Of a stretch of DNA of 46,785 nt, positions 23,785 to 36,192 are shown piece after piece. The translations under genes and the position numbers were made by a program. The DNA is from Octopus bimaculoides (lineage: Eukaryota), in NCBI RefSeq assembly GCF_001194135.2, contig NC_069006.1:1020226-1067010 (forward strand). Direction: 5' to 3'. The notes beneath the pieces are model-generated. The model did not search any database. It was not told the DNA's origin and saw nothing but the letters and a program-made list of their open reading frames with translations. The first letter of the stretch is position 1. Every line of letters starts with the position of its first letter.

Positions 23785-25545
23785 GTTGGATCTTTTCTGT
23801 TATCAAACAGCCTCTGCATTCTGGCATATGGTTTCTTATTCACGCATCAAGGTTTCTTAGCCCCAGCGGCTACTTCGTGGTTCATGCTGCACCCACCCCT
23901 TGATCTCCTCCCTGCGCTGCTCGTAGTACTCTCCAGTCCACAATCTTCCCCTCGAAGGAATCCCACGCCCCAGGAGGCGCGTCCTCCACGAGCTCCAATA
24001 GGGAAGTCGGAGAAAATCCACATCTGCCCACCGGGAGTGACCGGGATATGTGACATCAGAGATCGAGTTTCTCCAGTTGTTGTTAGAAGTGAACTCGCCC
24101 TCCTCTTGTGGCAGGGAATCTTGCTGATCTGACTTGATCTCTCAACCGAGATTTCTTGGTCAGGCCAATTCTCTTGGTACCTACCGGTTTAGCTGTTGTA
24201 TCAGGTAGGTATTTTGCAGTAGTGACATTCATCAGTCTACATCCAGCCGCTAATAACTCAGTCTTCTTCTCGATGAGAATTGCAGTTTCCTCATCAATCC
24301 AGCCACTGTGAGCACGGCCAGATGCCGCTAGAGAAGCCGCGTTCTCTGCACGTTTTTGCGCCAATGCTGTGAGCATCAACACACACAGGATGTCGGTGAC
24401 GCTCGTACTGCGACCCACCTACAACCCTCAGAAAAGAACGGCTGCAGAGATCACATTGAAAAGGAAGCCGGGTCGGGCCAGATGCAGCCCAGACCAACAC
24501 GCTTCTACATTTACCAATGCGACATTTGTAGAACAAGCTTAAAACCATGTCGACCTTCAATAGGATCTCTCCAACGACGTGGAGAAGAGAAGAATTGTGG
24601 ACATAGCAAACAGGACGGAGCAAACCGGACGTAGCAAGGAAGAGTAAGCCTGAATTCATTCCACGCTGGGGATGGGGTTAATCACATCCATCAACTTCTC
24701 TGTACCTACAACTAATACAGGGAGATCGTTTTCGAGTGAAGTCAGATGGGAGCTGAGACTCCTTTAATACCAGCGAGCGTGTTGGGTTCCGCAACACGAA
24801 CCGGTTTGGACTAATTCTTTCACAAAGCAGCGTCGGATGCATTACACGCCACTGTCATCGTCTATAGAACCCATAGAATCACTAATGGTACGACGGGATA
24901 GACATGATTCCTTATCCACCCCTGGAGAAATTAACTCTTATGCCAGACATCTTTGACCATGCCGGGCCTGACCTGCGATCCCTATCTCCGACTCGCAGGC
25001 CACCGGTTTTCGGTGCCCGGCTGCCCTATGTTTCTCGACTTCTTGTTAGACATCATGTATGATTAACGGCATTTTCCAAGTGAGAAATGGCTGAACGATT
25101 ACAGAGAGGTGCAAGGGACATCCCCATGAAGAGTGAGCAAGGTGATCTCCAGAATACCACAGAGAGTCACCAATCAAGCGAACTGCACCCCGTCGGGCAA
25201 ACTGTGGTTGGTCAAGCGCCAACCGGGCCCGATAGAATCCTCCAGTTCCTGAAAAAAGGAACTGCCCGTTCAGCCACAAAACCAATTTAAAAGCCTAGAA
25301 CATAACTGTACAAACCCCACCAAACAAACGCAAAGCAACACCTAAATTTTATGCAACATATTCCCCTCTCAGATTCGCACAGTTATTGCAGCGGTGAAAT
25401 AACTCAGAATGTTGGGCCTCCAACGAAGCCCTTCGCGATACTCTTAGAGCCAGGAAGTCTTCAGCATCCCTTCGTACTCACGCACTTAATCATTCATGCG
25501 GTCGAATTTATCGAAGAGGTGAGAATATAAGATTTTTGTTTATTA
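23785..25545 (-). mobile_element. R2-like (RLE-type) non-LTR retrotransposon 5' remnant: zinc finger(s) plus Myb-like domain; RT not present
   Basis: PFQCDLCSRSFLRVVGGSQYERHRHPV (about 24380-24460), frameshift, then GWIDEETAILIEKKTELLAAGCRLMNVTTAKYLPDTTAKPVGTKR (about 24170-24305): the ZF-Myb order typical of R2 N-termini. GC about 50% against an AT-rich background. Boundaries are approximate. Confidence 0.75.
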
Positions 25546-26009
25546 CAAAAATCAGAGCTATATTAGAAAAAAAAAAGCCGGTTACTTATGGGAAATAGAG
25601 AGAGAGAGAGAGAGAGAAAGAAAGAGATGAAAAGAGAGAATATATGATGACGTGGCTGCTGATGGANNNNNNNNNNNNNNNNNNNNNNNNNNNNNNNNNN
25701 NNNNNNNNNNNNNNNNNNNNNNNNNNNNNNNNNNNNNNNNNNNNNNNNNNNNNNNNNNNNNNNNNNNNNNNNNNNNNNNNNNNNNNNNNNNNNNNNNNNN
25801 NNNNNNNNNNNNNNNNNNNNNNNNNNNNNNNNNNNNNNNNNNNNNNNNNNNNNNNNNNNNNNNNNNNNNNNNNNNNNNNNNNNNNNNNNNNNNNNNNNNN
25901 NNNNNNNNNNNNNNNNNNNNNNNNNNNNNNNNNNNNNNNNNNNNNNNNNNNNNNNNNNNNNNNNNNNNNNNNNNNNNNNNNNNNNNNNNNNNNNNNNNNN
26001 NNNNNNNNN

Positions 26010-26048
<39 letters not shown>

Positions 26049-26259
26049 TTATGTGAGTACATATGATACACGCACATGCACGTCTACACGTTTCCTATCC
26101 ATTACGGATGACGCCATAATGGAGAATTTTTTCCATGCCAGTATGTGTGTACGTGTGTGTGTGTGTGTGCGCGCGCGCGCGTGTGTGCATGCAATTTTCA
26201 AAAGCATGTTCCATGATAGAGTGATCTGTCATGAGGAAAATGGATGTGCGTGTGTGCGT

Positions 26260-26296
<37 letters not shown>

Positions 26297-26769
26297 CATG
26301 CATGTGTATACATATATGCATACGCAAATATGCAAAGAAAGATGTAGACTTCTGTATATACAGTATTTAGGTATATGTGCACATCTCTACACACTCACGC
26401 ACACAACCGTGCTATTTGGTGGCGATTTGGCAGAATTCTTAGAGCGTCGCACAAAATACATTGCGATATGACCTCGCCTTTTGCTCTTAATTGAAATCTC
26501 TTGTAGTTTATCATCGAACGTTCTGGAATTGACGAATAAATTCAGTTTTTTAGATGAGGAGATCGATACTTTTTGTCCATCTCAGCCTATCTGTCGCTTT
26601 ATCAGTCTGCTTCTGTCTGTTCTGCCAGAAATCTAGATCAAATGACTGACTACTCCGATGTCTTTAAATGCCTTAGGCACGTTACTTAATACTCCTGCAG
26701 CCCTTTCAGAAGTCGAGAATGCGTGGCAAGCCACGGCTATAGGTCTAAGTGGGTTGCCAAGACTGAACT

Positions 26770-26960
26770 TCCCTCTGTGTTGCACTATATGCATACAATC
26801 AACCAGGATCTTGTCTCGAGTTCAATCGATGATGCCGTCACTTCACAAACGTTTTGTTCTTTTCCTTCCTTCTTTTACACTTCCTGTCAGGGTGGTCTTG
26901 GGCAATGATCCGTGGCGCATTGAATGTCCAAAGTACGATTGCTTTGTGATTCGATTCACG
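26770..26960 (-). mobile_element. RTE-clade LINE 3' remnant
   Basis: Minus SYFGHSMRHGSLPKTTLTGSVKEGRKR..R.*.DGI.D*T....DCMHIVQHR resembles the RTE C-terminus (YFGH.MR..SL.K..L.G.V.G.R.R). Confidence 0.7.
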
Positions 26961-27239
26961 ACAATACCCAACCATACAAATAGCTGTCTGTCCATCCATG
27001 AATCCTTCCTCATATCAAAGTCATATTGGTTTGGTAATCACAAACAGGAAAAACAGACCTTAAAACATAAGTATATTTCATCGGCAGAAGTCCAAATGCC
27101 GAAAAAGTCCAGTAAGCATAGCCAGAAGGAGGAGTCTGGAGGTTGGTCCATACCGGGTGACGTATTTATAGGGGTGGGGCGAGGTGGCACTTCTGGGCCT
27201 AATCAAAGCCAGCAGTGACCAGGTGATAAGGACCATTTA

Positions 27240-27375
27240 TAATTCTTTCTACTAAAGACATAAGGCATGAAAATTTGTGGGGAGGAACTAAGTCGATTAC
27301 ATCGACCCCAGTGCGTAACTGGTACTTATTTCATCGACACCGAAAGGATGAATGGCAAAGTCGACCACTGCGGAA
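27240..27375 (-). mobile_element. tRNA-SINE 3' half
   Basis: GTCGATTACATCGACCCCAGTGCGTAACTGGTACTTATTTCATCGAC..CGAAAGGATGAA. Confidence 0.8.
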
Positions 27376-27399
27376 GGACCATTTATCATAATGGCGTTT

Positions 27400-27575
27400 C
27401 AAAGATACCCGTCCACCATTGTAGCAGTCATAGAAGCTGAAGATAGATTCATAGAATAATTTTAGGAAAAAGCTTATCGAGGACATGAGCACATAATTTT
27501 ATTAAAATTACATTTGCTAAATTTGAATTGCTTCCTCAAATCCCCAAATATGTCCTCAAATATCTCTCGCATCCT
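27400..27575 (+). mobile_element. Tc1/mariner right-end remnant
   Basis: VIEAEDRFIE*, then AAAGCTTATCGA...CCAAATATGTCCTCAAAT..TCGCATCCTG; homologous to 17915-18065. Confidence 0.6.
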
Positions 27576-27771
27576 GCACAAGGCCTGAACATCGGACACG
27601 GGGATTAATCGCCATTGCCCTTGGGAGGTAATTGTTTTATGATTACCAAGTACAGCTGGGGTCCTCCAGGAAAGGAGAACATTTTCAGAGTTGGCTTATT
27701 TAATCGAGCCATAAACGACTTGCCCTCGCATCAACCATAATTGCACGCGCATGATATAAGATATTCGCTCT

Positions 27772-27804
<33 letters not shown>

Positions 27805-30229
27805 CATACCTACAGAGAATATATACACATTACTGTTATAAATAATTTTAATATCTTGATATTAAAAACAGAAAATTTTACAAACATACACAGATACATA
27901 AATACGTACATAAGATTTAATACATGTGTATAGACAAATATAAATCTTCTATATTAAAAAATATTCGTATACTTAAATGCATCCACACAAATACACAGAA
28001 TTATACATGTACGTAAGCATAGATATAAATGCAGGCATAAAAATATGCTTACATATATACATCGATCACACACACGTATATGTTCGTGATATAACACAGG
28101 ATTAGAGAGATAACGAAAAATACAAGATATGACGTCGATAAATATCTGGAGCTAATAATAATAATGATTTCGTATAGAAAAAGCGGAAGAGCAGCAGCAA
28201 CATTGATTAAGATTGCATAGATTTATAGATATTGCTGCAAAGAAGGTCTATGATGTTATCGTCAAAAAGTAAAGCTATAAAATAAAAAACAGAATGTCTC
28301 ATTAGAAAAGTTGAAACAAAATTCAAGAAAAATAAACATGGCAGCCATTAGTTGAGTAAACAGTAAATAGAGGAAAAAATTGTTTTTTTAAAAGTGTTAT
28401 CAAGAAACGAAGAGTGGTGTCAATGACCTGCTTTTTTTGTTGGTTTGGAAAGCTTCTAGTCTTTGTCTTGATGCCAGGGGAATAAGGAAATTAACTAATA
28501 TTAGAGAAGACCCAAATGCTGGGTTGTGTTGATATTAAAGTGAACGAGGTTTTACACTTTACTAGTATTTTTTTCATATATATAAATTAGGATGGTTTCA
28601 AGTTTTGGCACAAGGCCAGCAATCTCCAGCGATGGGATAAGTCGATTACATTGACCAGAGCGTTTCACTGATACTTATTTATCAACCCCACTTTGCGCAA
28701 AAATTTAGAATAATCTGTTGTGTTTCTCGAGGTGAGGTTATTGCTTTGTGTTATTGCGTTGTTGAAAATTTGTTGTTCCTGTAAAAACTATGCTTCATTG
28801 CTTTTTGAAAAGCGGCTTGATATCAATTCCTCCGCGTGAGGAGGAGTTATTGTTGACTCCAGTCAACTTTTGTGCGGCGTAAGCCGGAAAATTTCGGTGT
28901 ATTATGGAGGGATTAAATATCTCAAAGTTCTTGTTGTCAGAGAATGACTCGCCAAAGAAGATTCCAAAGCAGAGTGAATTATCAATGAGGAACACACCCA
29001 GAAAACGTCAAATTAACTGCGAACCTAATATGACTACGGCGTCTCCTGGAAAGGAGGAAAACTTTAAAAAAGAAAAAAAAAATTAAACGCAAGAAAATAT
29101 ATAGAAGTACCAAGTTTAGCAAATGGTGAAGCACGGGTAGAAATGAAACAAGAATATACTAACAAGGAACGGACGAAAGTGAACTTCGGTGGAATTTGAA
29201 CACAGAATGCTAACCCGGAAGAAATGCCCATAAGCATTTTGTCCGGTGTGCTAACTACTCTGCTAGCTCGTCGCCTCCACCAGTTGAGGGATTTTTTTAT
29301 TTTATTTTACTGATTTCTTCGCTAACTACAATTCGAACTTTCATCGCAATGTCTTCGTTTATATCCCAAGCACCACCTGAATAAAGACGAAGTTATTTTC
29401 CATGAATTCTTCGATATCTTAAAATTGAAAAATGTTAAAGATCTCCATAAACAAGAACAATTGAAACGTCATCGCAATTGTGAAAAATATGCGGTTAATG
29501 AAGAAATTTATTCGCAGACTAAGGAAGGTTGTTTGAGTAACAAACAGAATACCAATATTCTAGGTCTTTTGAATATCGTCATCACGATGTCTTTGGTAAT
29601 GCTGTGGTCCAATGCTTTCAATTACTGACTCGGTTCCATCTTGAGCGATTATTTTTATCTCTGACCATAGTAGGTGTACTATGAAATGCAATTCATTAAT
29701 TTACAGAAGTGTAAAATTGATTTTTTTAAAATCTAAACATTATTCGTGTAATACTTGGTTTCATTCCTTTCTACTAAGTCTTTAGCTTATTTTCGAAATT
29801 CATCTTCGCAGTCTTTTTTTTTAAAAAGTATTTATTTCCATATTATTGCTTTGGTAAAATTCTATGGTCTGGTAGCTTCCGTTAAAATTTAAAAACTTGC
29901 ATCCATTTCTCTTTCCAGGGTATCATTTCTCTCGAGTTTCCAGTTAGTCACAAGTCTTTCCATTCTAATACCTGCTTTGTTTGATCTGCTGCTCTCTAGA
30001 ACTCGCCATCGTCGGTTTCTCTGGACTACGATATTTAATCTTCTAAACCGAATATCAAAGATATCTTTTGAACTTGTGTATTCTTTCTCCTTCCTTGTAG
30101 TTCCATACGCTATAATGGCTTCACGCTTTGTTTGGGACAAAATCGTATTAAAATGTTCCGTAGAAAAAAAACATCTGCATGGCTTAATTACATGGTAGTC
30201 TTTACAATACGTTGGAAATGCGATTAAGA

Positions 30230-31210
30230 CAGAATGCTGGATACACATACTGGAAAATATATACGACAGTGTTGGAAATATAAAGTGCGAGAGAAAACCC
30301 TCTCCGTTTACAACGACATTGTTGTGGTAATAAAGCTTAGTGGGTAACAACGCTTCTTCATTTAGACCAGGTTTTATCGTATTATCCAATTCCTGGATTT
30401 GGTTTGGATCGGCGCATATTGTAGGTTTGCCGTTACTTCTTTTTTTAATCTGTAATACGTGGAAAAGATGTTTTGCCGTACAATGTACACAGCTGGAAAA
30501 CACGAGCCAGAAATAGATATTGGAATGGAAAGTACAGAATGAAAATGTTCGAAATATACTGCTGGGAAATACAGATCAACACATTGGAAATGTAAGGTGT
30601 GACAGGAAAAGCCTCCATATTTTACAGTCATTGTTGTGATGCTAGTAAAATTAGGCTGATGAAAATAGCATCGTCAGGTTAACGTTTTATCGCTTTCTAT
30701 TGTTATCAACATCGTTTTCACCGGTGAATATTGCAAATTTGCAGTTAAAATGTTTGTCAAACATGTAATATATGTTAGTCTTTGCTGCAGCTTGTCCATA
30801 GCTGGAAAACGCGTACCAGAAATATATATTTATATATATACTGGACTAAGATAATGTTGAAAATTTGTTGCTGGGAAATACGAACCAGCCCATTGTTGGA
30901 AATATAAAGAGTGGCAGAAAAAAGAAAAGCTGTCATAATTCACATGACTAAAAGTTAAACATAATATTGCGTCTTCATGGCGACGATGTTTTAATCGTTT
31001 TCTTCTGCCGTTCTTGTCATGGTTTTGACCGGTGAATATTTCAGTTTCACTGTTAAGTCGTTTGTCGAAGTCTAAAAAGTCCCCTCTGTACATGATCGGA
31101 AAATACGGAGCAAGCGTGATGGAAATATTTGAGAAAATACGGACCACGATAATGTTGAAAACTTAAATGTTGGGAAATACGAACCAGAACAGTGTTAGGA
31201 AATGTATTGT
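30230..31210. repeat. Ancient degenerate tandem repeat (unit about 300-330 bp, 3-4 copies)
   Basis: Recurring GCTGGAAAA, GCTGGGAAATAC, TTGGAAAT(A/G)TAA and ACCGGTGAATATT motifs. Confidence 0.55.
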
Positions 31211-32354
31211 TTTCTATTTAAAAGACTGATCCACACGCACACACACAATTCAGTTAAGATTCTACTCACCATGTGTTCACACTGGCATCAGACATTGTTT
31301 CCGAAGCGTGGTTAAATATTTTAAATTAAGAAATAAAAACTTAAAAGGAAAAACAGTTCGTTCCCAGATTAACCTATATAGTTTACGCTCCTGAAGCTGC
31401 ATGTTCGAATCTGGTTTGGAGCTTTATAATAGTTTACTGAAATGGTATCAATATTTGGAATAGTCAGTAACAAAAGAGAATGGCATATCACGCCATAATT
31501 CAAACTGTCTTCCACGAATGGCATCGGATATTTGATTCTTGACGTATTCGTCTATGTTCTTTAACAATAAGCATTAAAACCTCAATTTAATAAGATGCAA
31601 CATGAAATTATTTTAATATATTAATTCATCCGAAGCCGGTTTGCGTATATATCTATATATATAATGAATGTGTGTATGTGAACCATTGTGGCCCTATACG
31701 TCATTAAATATATGAAAATCTGAATAAGAATGACGTTTGTAATATTTTTCCGTTATCGTCCGTCATTACATTTTCATTCACGAATTGTTTAATGCGAGAC
31801 GTCGTTAATCCAAAGCGTTGCGATCGATTTGTTTGGTCGAAGACGTGGAAGGTTGCGCTGATTTTGGAGAACTTGGTTCATGTCTTCGGCATTTTGATAA
31901 ACAAGTTTCATCCCCCTGACTGGTCATAACTGTGCACCTATCCGTTGCTGCTGACCACTGCAGATAGTATTCAGCCTGTCTTTTGGAAGAGGGGTTTTGA
32001 ATATTACCGAGCAAGTTACCCATTATTAAAAAAATGTGTAGATAGTTGTTATAACGGAAATAAGTGGGCTCCGATGACTTCCACGTCTTAGAAATTTGGC
32101 TGACTGTGATTTCGTTCAGGGGTGCTACAAAATGTCTTCTTTTTTATCAGCTTTATTTTAGAAAATGCTTGGTTGTAGAAAATGTTTTGTCGGTAGGCGG
32201 CGACAGAAAAAATGTTGGACGAGTTCATTGCTTATGTACAGGAGAAATAAGAACAAAGGACACAGAAAAAAAAGGAGGCGGCGGTGACTTCGAGTATTTC
32301 TTCATACTGGTGAGGTACAAATATTCAGAAAATCACACACACACCACTTTTATT

Positions 32355-32560
32355 ATATATTTCTTTATTGCCCCCAGGGGGCTAAACATAGAGGGGACAA
32401 ACAAGGACAGACAAAGGGATTCAGTTGATTACATCGATCCATGTGCGTAACTGGTACTTAATTTATCGACCCCGAAAGGATGAAAGGTAAAGTCGACCTC
32501 GGCGGAATTCGAACTCAGAACAACGGCAGACGAGATACTGCTAAGCATATTTCGCCCGGG
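32355..32560 (-). mobile_element. tRNA-SINE, tail type B
   Basis: ATTTCTTTATTGCCCCCAGGGGGCTAAACATAGAGGGGACAAACAAGGACAGACAAAGGGA plus core. Confidence 0.9.
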
Positions 32561-33260
32561 GTCACGACTTTTATGATTGTGACGGCGACGAGTTGGCAGT
32601 GTCGCCAACACGTCGCATAACATGCTCAACGGCTTTTACTTTGGTGCTTTACGTTCTGAGTTCAAATGCCACCGATGTCCACCGCCTTTCGCGACCTTCA
32701 ACGTCTTCGACCAAACAAATGGAAAACAACGCTACGGATTAATGGATTACTAAAACAAAATAGAACTTGAATACTGGGGTGGGGGTCAATGCAATCGACT
32801 GCCGTCTCCCACTAAAATTGCAGGCCTTGTGCGTATGAGAATTATTATTAGTATGGAAGCAGCGAGGATGGCGAATTAGTAGAAGTGTTCGATCGTCGAA
32901 CAAAATGCTCAGCGGTATTTCATCCGGGTCTTAACGTTCGGGGACGATAAAATAAGGACCAGTTGAACACTAAGATCGATGTAATCGATTCATCCATGCC
33001 CTCCACATAGATTTCTGGTCTTCTGCCAAAATATGAAACCGATATTATTCATTTCTACTCTAGGCACAAGGTCTCAGATTTTTTTGGGGAGGGGGCCAGT
33101 CGATTAGATCGACCTCAGTACGCAACTGGTACTTAGTTTATCGACCCCGAAAGGATGAAAGGCAAAGTTGACCTCGGTGAAACTAATATTATTATTGGGC
33201 AAAGGCATTACATGGCGGAATCGTTAGCACGGTTCCGGTGTTATTCAAGCGGAAATATGA

Positions 33261-33922
33261 AAAAATAAATGGGAAAATGTAACAGGAAAAAAACGAAAAA
33301 AGGCAAGTGAGCTAAACTATAACCCACATTCCACACCCATCCCACCCACACCCTCTCAGACCCACCCACTTCCTGCAGACACTAGGCCTATCCATTCCCA
33401 TCCGACACAAAAACAAGATGCAAACACATACAAAGAAACCCAAAACCCCTCCCCCAAGTCAAAAAAGAGAAGGAAAAAGTGTAGGATTTATATGTTGCTT
33501 AGCGACGAACTGTTAAGGGATACGGCGGAATGGGATATAAAGTGTATTGGAACTGCGAGGTATGATAATGTGGAGGAACGTCACTTGTGTGTAATACCAG
33601 ACAAGAGGCAGGAGGAAAAAAAATACAAGAATATATGGTTGGATTGTATTTTTGGGAGGTGAACTGCAGCTGGAGCTCAATCCCAGGATTTACTTCGTAC
33701 GATAGGTGGTTGGAGGAAACAGGTATCGATGTGTTAGAAGGTTCACGATTTAAAAAGTAGAAAATGGGGCTACTCGAAGTGGGGCGAGTGGTTCCATTTC
33801 CATTTTATCATTTTCATGTATTCATACATTATAACATTCATTTCTATTTTCATACATGTTTTATGTCCCACATGTTTTGTTTGTCACTTCTATGTTTAGC
33901 CCTCGGTGGGCAATAAAGAAAT
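33261..33922 (+). mobile_element. 5'-truncated ORF1-like (Gag-like) retroelement copy A: C-terminal ORF plus 3' UTR ending AATAAAGAAAT
   Basis: 133 open codons 33261-33659 (KNKWENVTGKKRKK..Pro-rich..SPKSKKRRKK..); the 3' UTR architecture (GTGGGG, T-rich tract, TTGTYTGTC, AATAAAGAAAT) matches copy B. Confidence 0.6.
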
Positions 33923-34108
33923 TGGTATTTCGTCTGCCGATACGTTCTGAGTTCAAATTCCGTCGAGGTCGACTTTGCCTTTCATCCTTTCGGGGTCGAT
34001 TAAATAAGTACCAGTTACGTACTGGAGTCGATCTAATCGACTTAATCCCTTTGTCTGTCCTTGTTTGTCCTCTCTATGTTTAGTCCCCCTGTGGGCAATA
34101 AAGAAATA
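33923..34108 (+). mobile_element. tRNA-SINE 3' part (starts at TGGTATTTCG), tail type B
   Basis: Begins immediately after the AATAAAGAAAT of copy A. Confidence 0.9.
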
Positions 34109-34109
34109 G

Positions 34110-34330
34110 ATATTCTTTCCAAGACACTTTGTTAGAGTCCATGCTGTACATCTATACCACAGAACCGACTGCGTTACCGCCATTTGAAACGTAGCTTGAG
34201 AGAAAGAGCTCCTTAATCCCGCTCAGATCACACGCTACCGTTTTAATAATAAGAAGGATGAGGTGGACTCAAATACACGTCTGCAATGCCGTTGTTCTCA
34301 GTCCTGTACGATCGGGTCTCGCCAGGAAGA
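34110..34330 (-). mobile_element. RTE LINE RT remnant
   Basis: LKLRF/FQMAVTQSVLWYRCTAWTLTK resembles the RTE motif LK.RFF.A.V.SVLLYG...WTLTK. Confidence 0.6.
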
Positions 34331-35951
34331 TAAACAGCAATAGAGACAACAGCTTTTACAACACTTACTTGTACTTTGATACAAGAATTACTGATATTAT
34401 CTCGATACGAACCCGCGCTCATATGGATTGCAAGGCTCACATCAAAATCATCAATTTTAACGACAAAGAATAAAACGACGAACGAATCATGCATACACAT
34501 ACATACATCTATATATATACACATTCCGACAGTGTGTAATCTGAAAGCCACACACGCATATATATATATATATATANNNNNNNNNNNNNNNNNNNNNNNN
34601 NNNNNNNNNNNNNNNNNNNNNNNNNNNNNNNNNNNNNNNNNNNNNNNNNNNNNNNNNNNNNNNNNNNNNNNNNNNNNNNNNNNNNNNNNNNNNNNNNNNN
34701 NNNNNNNNNNNNNNNNNNNNNNNNNNNNNNNNNNNNNNNNNNNNNNNNNNNNNNNNNNNNNNNNNNNNNNNNNNNNNNNNNNNNNNNNNNNNNNNNNNNN
34801 NNNNNNNNNNNNNNNNNNNNNNNNNNNNNNNNNNNNNNNNNNNNNNNNNNNNNNNNNNNNNNNNNNNNNNNNNNNNNNNNNNNNNNNNNNNNNNNNNNNN
34901 NNNNNNNNNNNNNNNNNNNNNNNNNNNNNNNNNNNNNNNNNNNNNNNNNNNNNNNNNNNNNNNNNNNNNNNNNNNNNNNNNNNNNNNNNNNNNNNNNNNN
35001 NNNNNNNNNNNNNNNNNNNNNNNNNNNNNNNNNNNNNNNNNNNNNNATATATATATATATATATAGTGTATGTATATACTTATATAGTGTATATATATAT
35101 ATATACATAGATACATACATACCTGCTCATACAAATTTAAATTCAGATATAAATGGAATAACCGTTTTTGTTGCAACTTTATCACCAAACAGAATCATGA
35201 CAAGAATTCTTCGAAGAGATAAAAAGGAAAAACTAACAACCATCACAAATGCATAAAACACTCGTTAAAATGATGACCTCCACCCCATAGAGGCTGGTTA
35301 CAATTAACAGGATGTGAGAGGAGATGTTAATGGCTTATCAAAATTGCTCCGGTGATCTGTACCTGAGATTACAAAACTGCCATTCCCTACTGAATGGAAT
35401 GCCGGTCCATCGCAGGATTATCTTCTCAGTTATCGCAGGAACTCATTTAGTGCTGATTGAATTTCAGCAGCGCAAAATGAAATTGTTTCGTTCAAGAACA
35501 CAATGCGCCGTCGGGTCTGAGAATCGAAACCACCATCTTACGATCGTGAGTACAACACCCTAACCACAAACCCACGTGCTTTTCAGATTGAACACATAAA
35601 ATGATCTGCTATTCTGAGGGTTTCCTCGACCCGTTGATAGTTTTTCAGACAACAAATTTTTGAAAGAGAATGCAGGGAAAGAAATCTAAATATTTTCCCT
35701 TTTTAAAGAACTGGTGACGTGTCGTGGGACCCTCCAGAATAACAGATCACTAGTTAGTCCGCTTATATACATTCCTATCCAAAACGGAGACGAGTACCAA
35801 CACTTCCAAGTTACACGCTTAGACAATTGGGAAGATCTGTTCGCATGAAGCCAGTAGTAGCCTTGTTAAGACACAAATAAAAAATATTTATTCGTCAATG
35901 CGGTGTTGAGAATTCATTCTTACTGATTTGATATTAGCGTATGTGTGTGTG

Positions 35952-35990
<39 letters not shown>

Positions 35991-35994
35991 TCTT

Positions 35995-36150
35995 TCTCCG
36001 TTCTTCCATTCTCCGAACTTTCCATCTTTCCGACGAAGGGCTACGCCCGAAACGTCATACACTCTCTCTTTCCTTCCTGAGCGTCCAATAATACTATCCA
36101 TATCACGTCCTCACTTTGTTGTTTTTTTGTTTCTTTGTTATTGTTTTTTT
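35995..36150 (+). mobile_element. Penelope-type terminal repeat relic with hammerhead-ribozyme-like motif
   Basis: CCGACGA-A-GGGC-TAC-GCCC-GAAACGTCA...TGAGCGTC (36030-36085). Confidence 0.55.
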
Positions 36151-36151
36151 G

Positions 36152-36192
<41 letters not shown>

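Noticed and set aside
26658-27218. 186-aa plus-strand ORF
   Set aside because: It is antisense to a recognisable RTE remnant and has no domain signature.
31805-32023. 72-aa ATG ORF MGNLLGN.. (minus) in unique sequence
   Set aside because: Short, no recognisable motif or splice support; cannot be told from chance.
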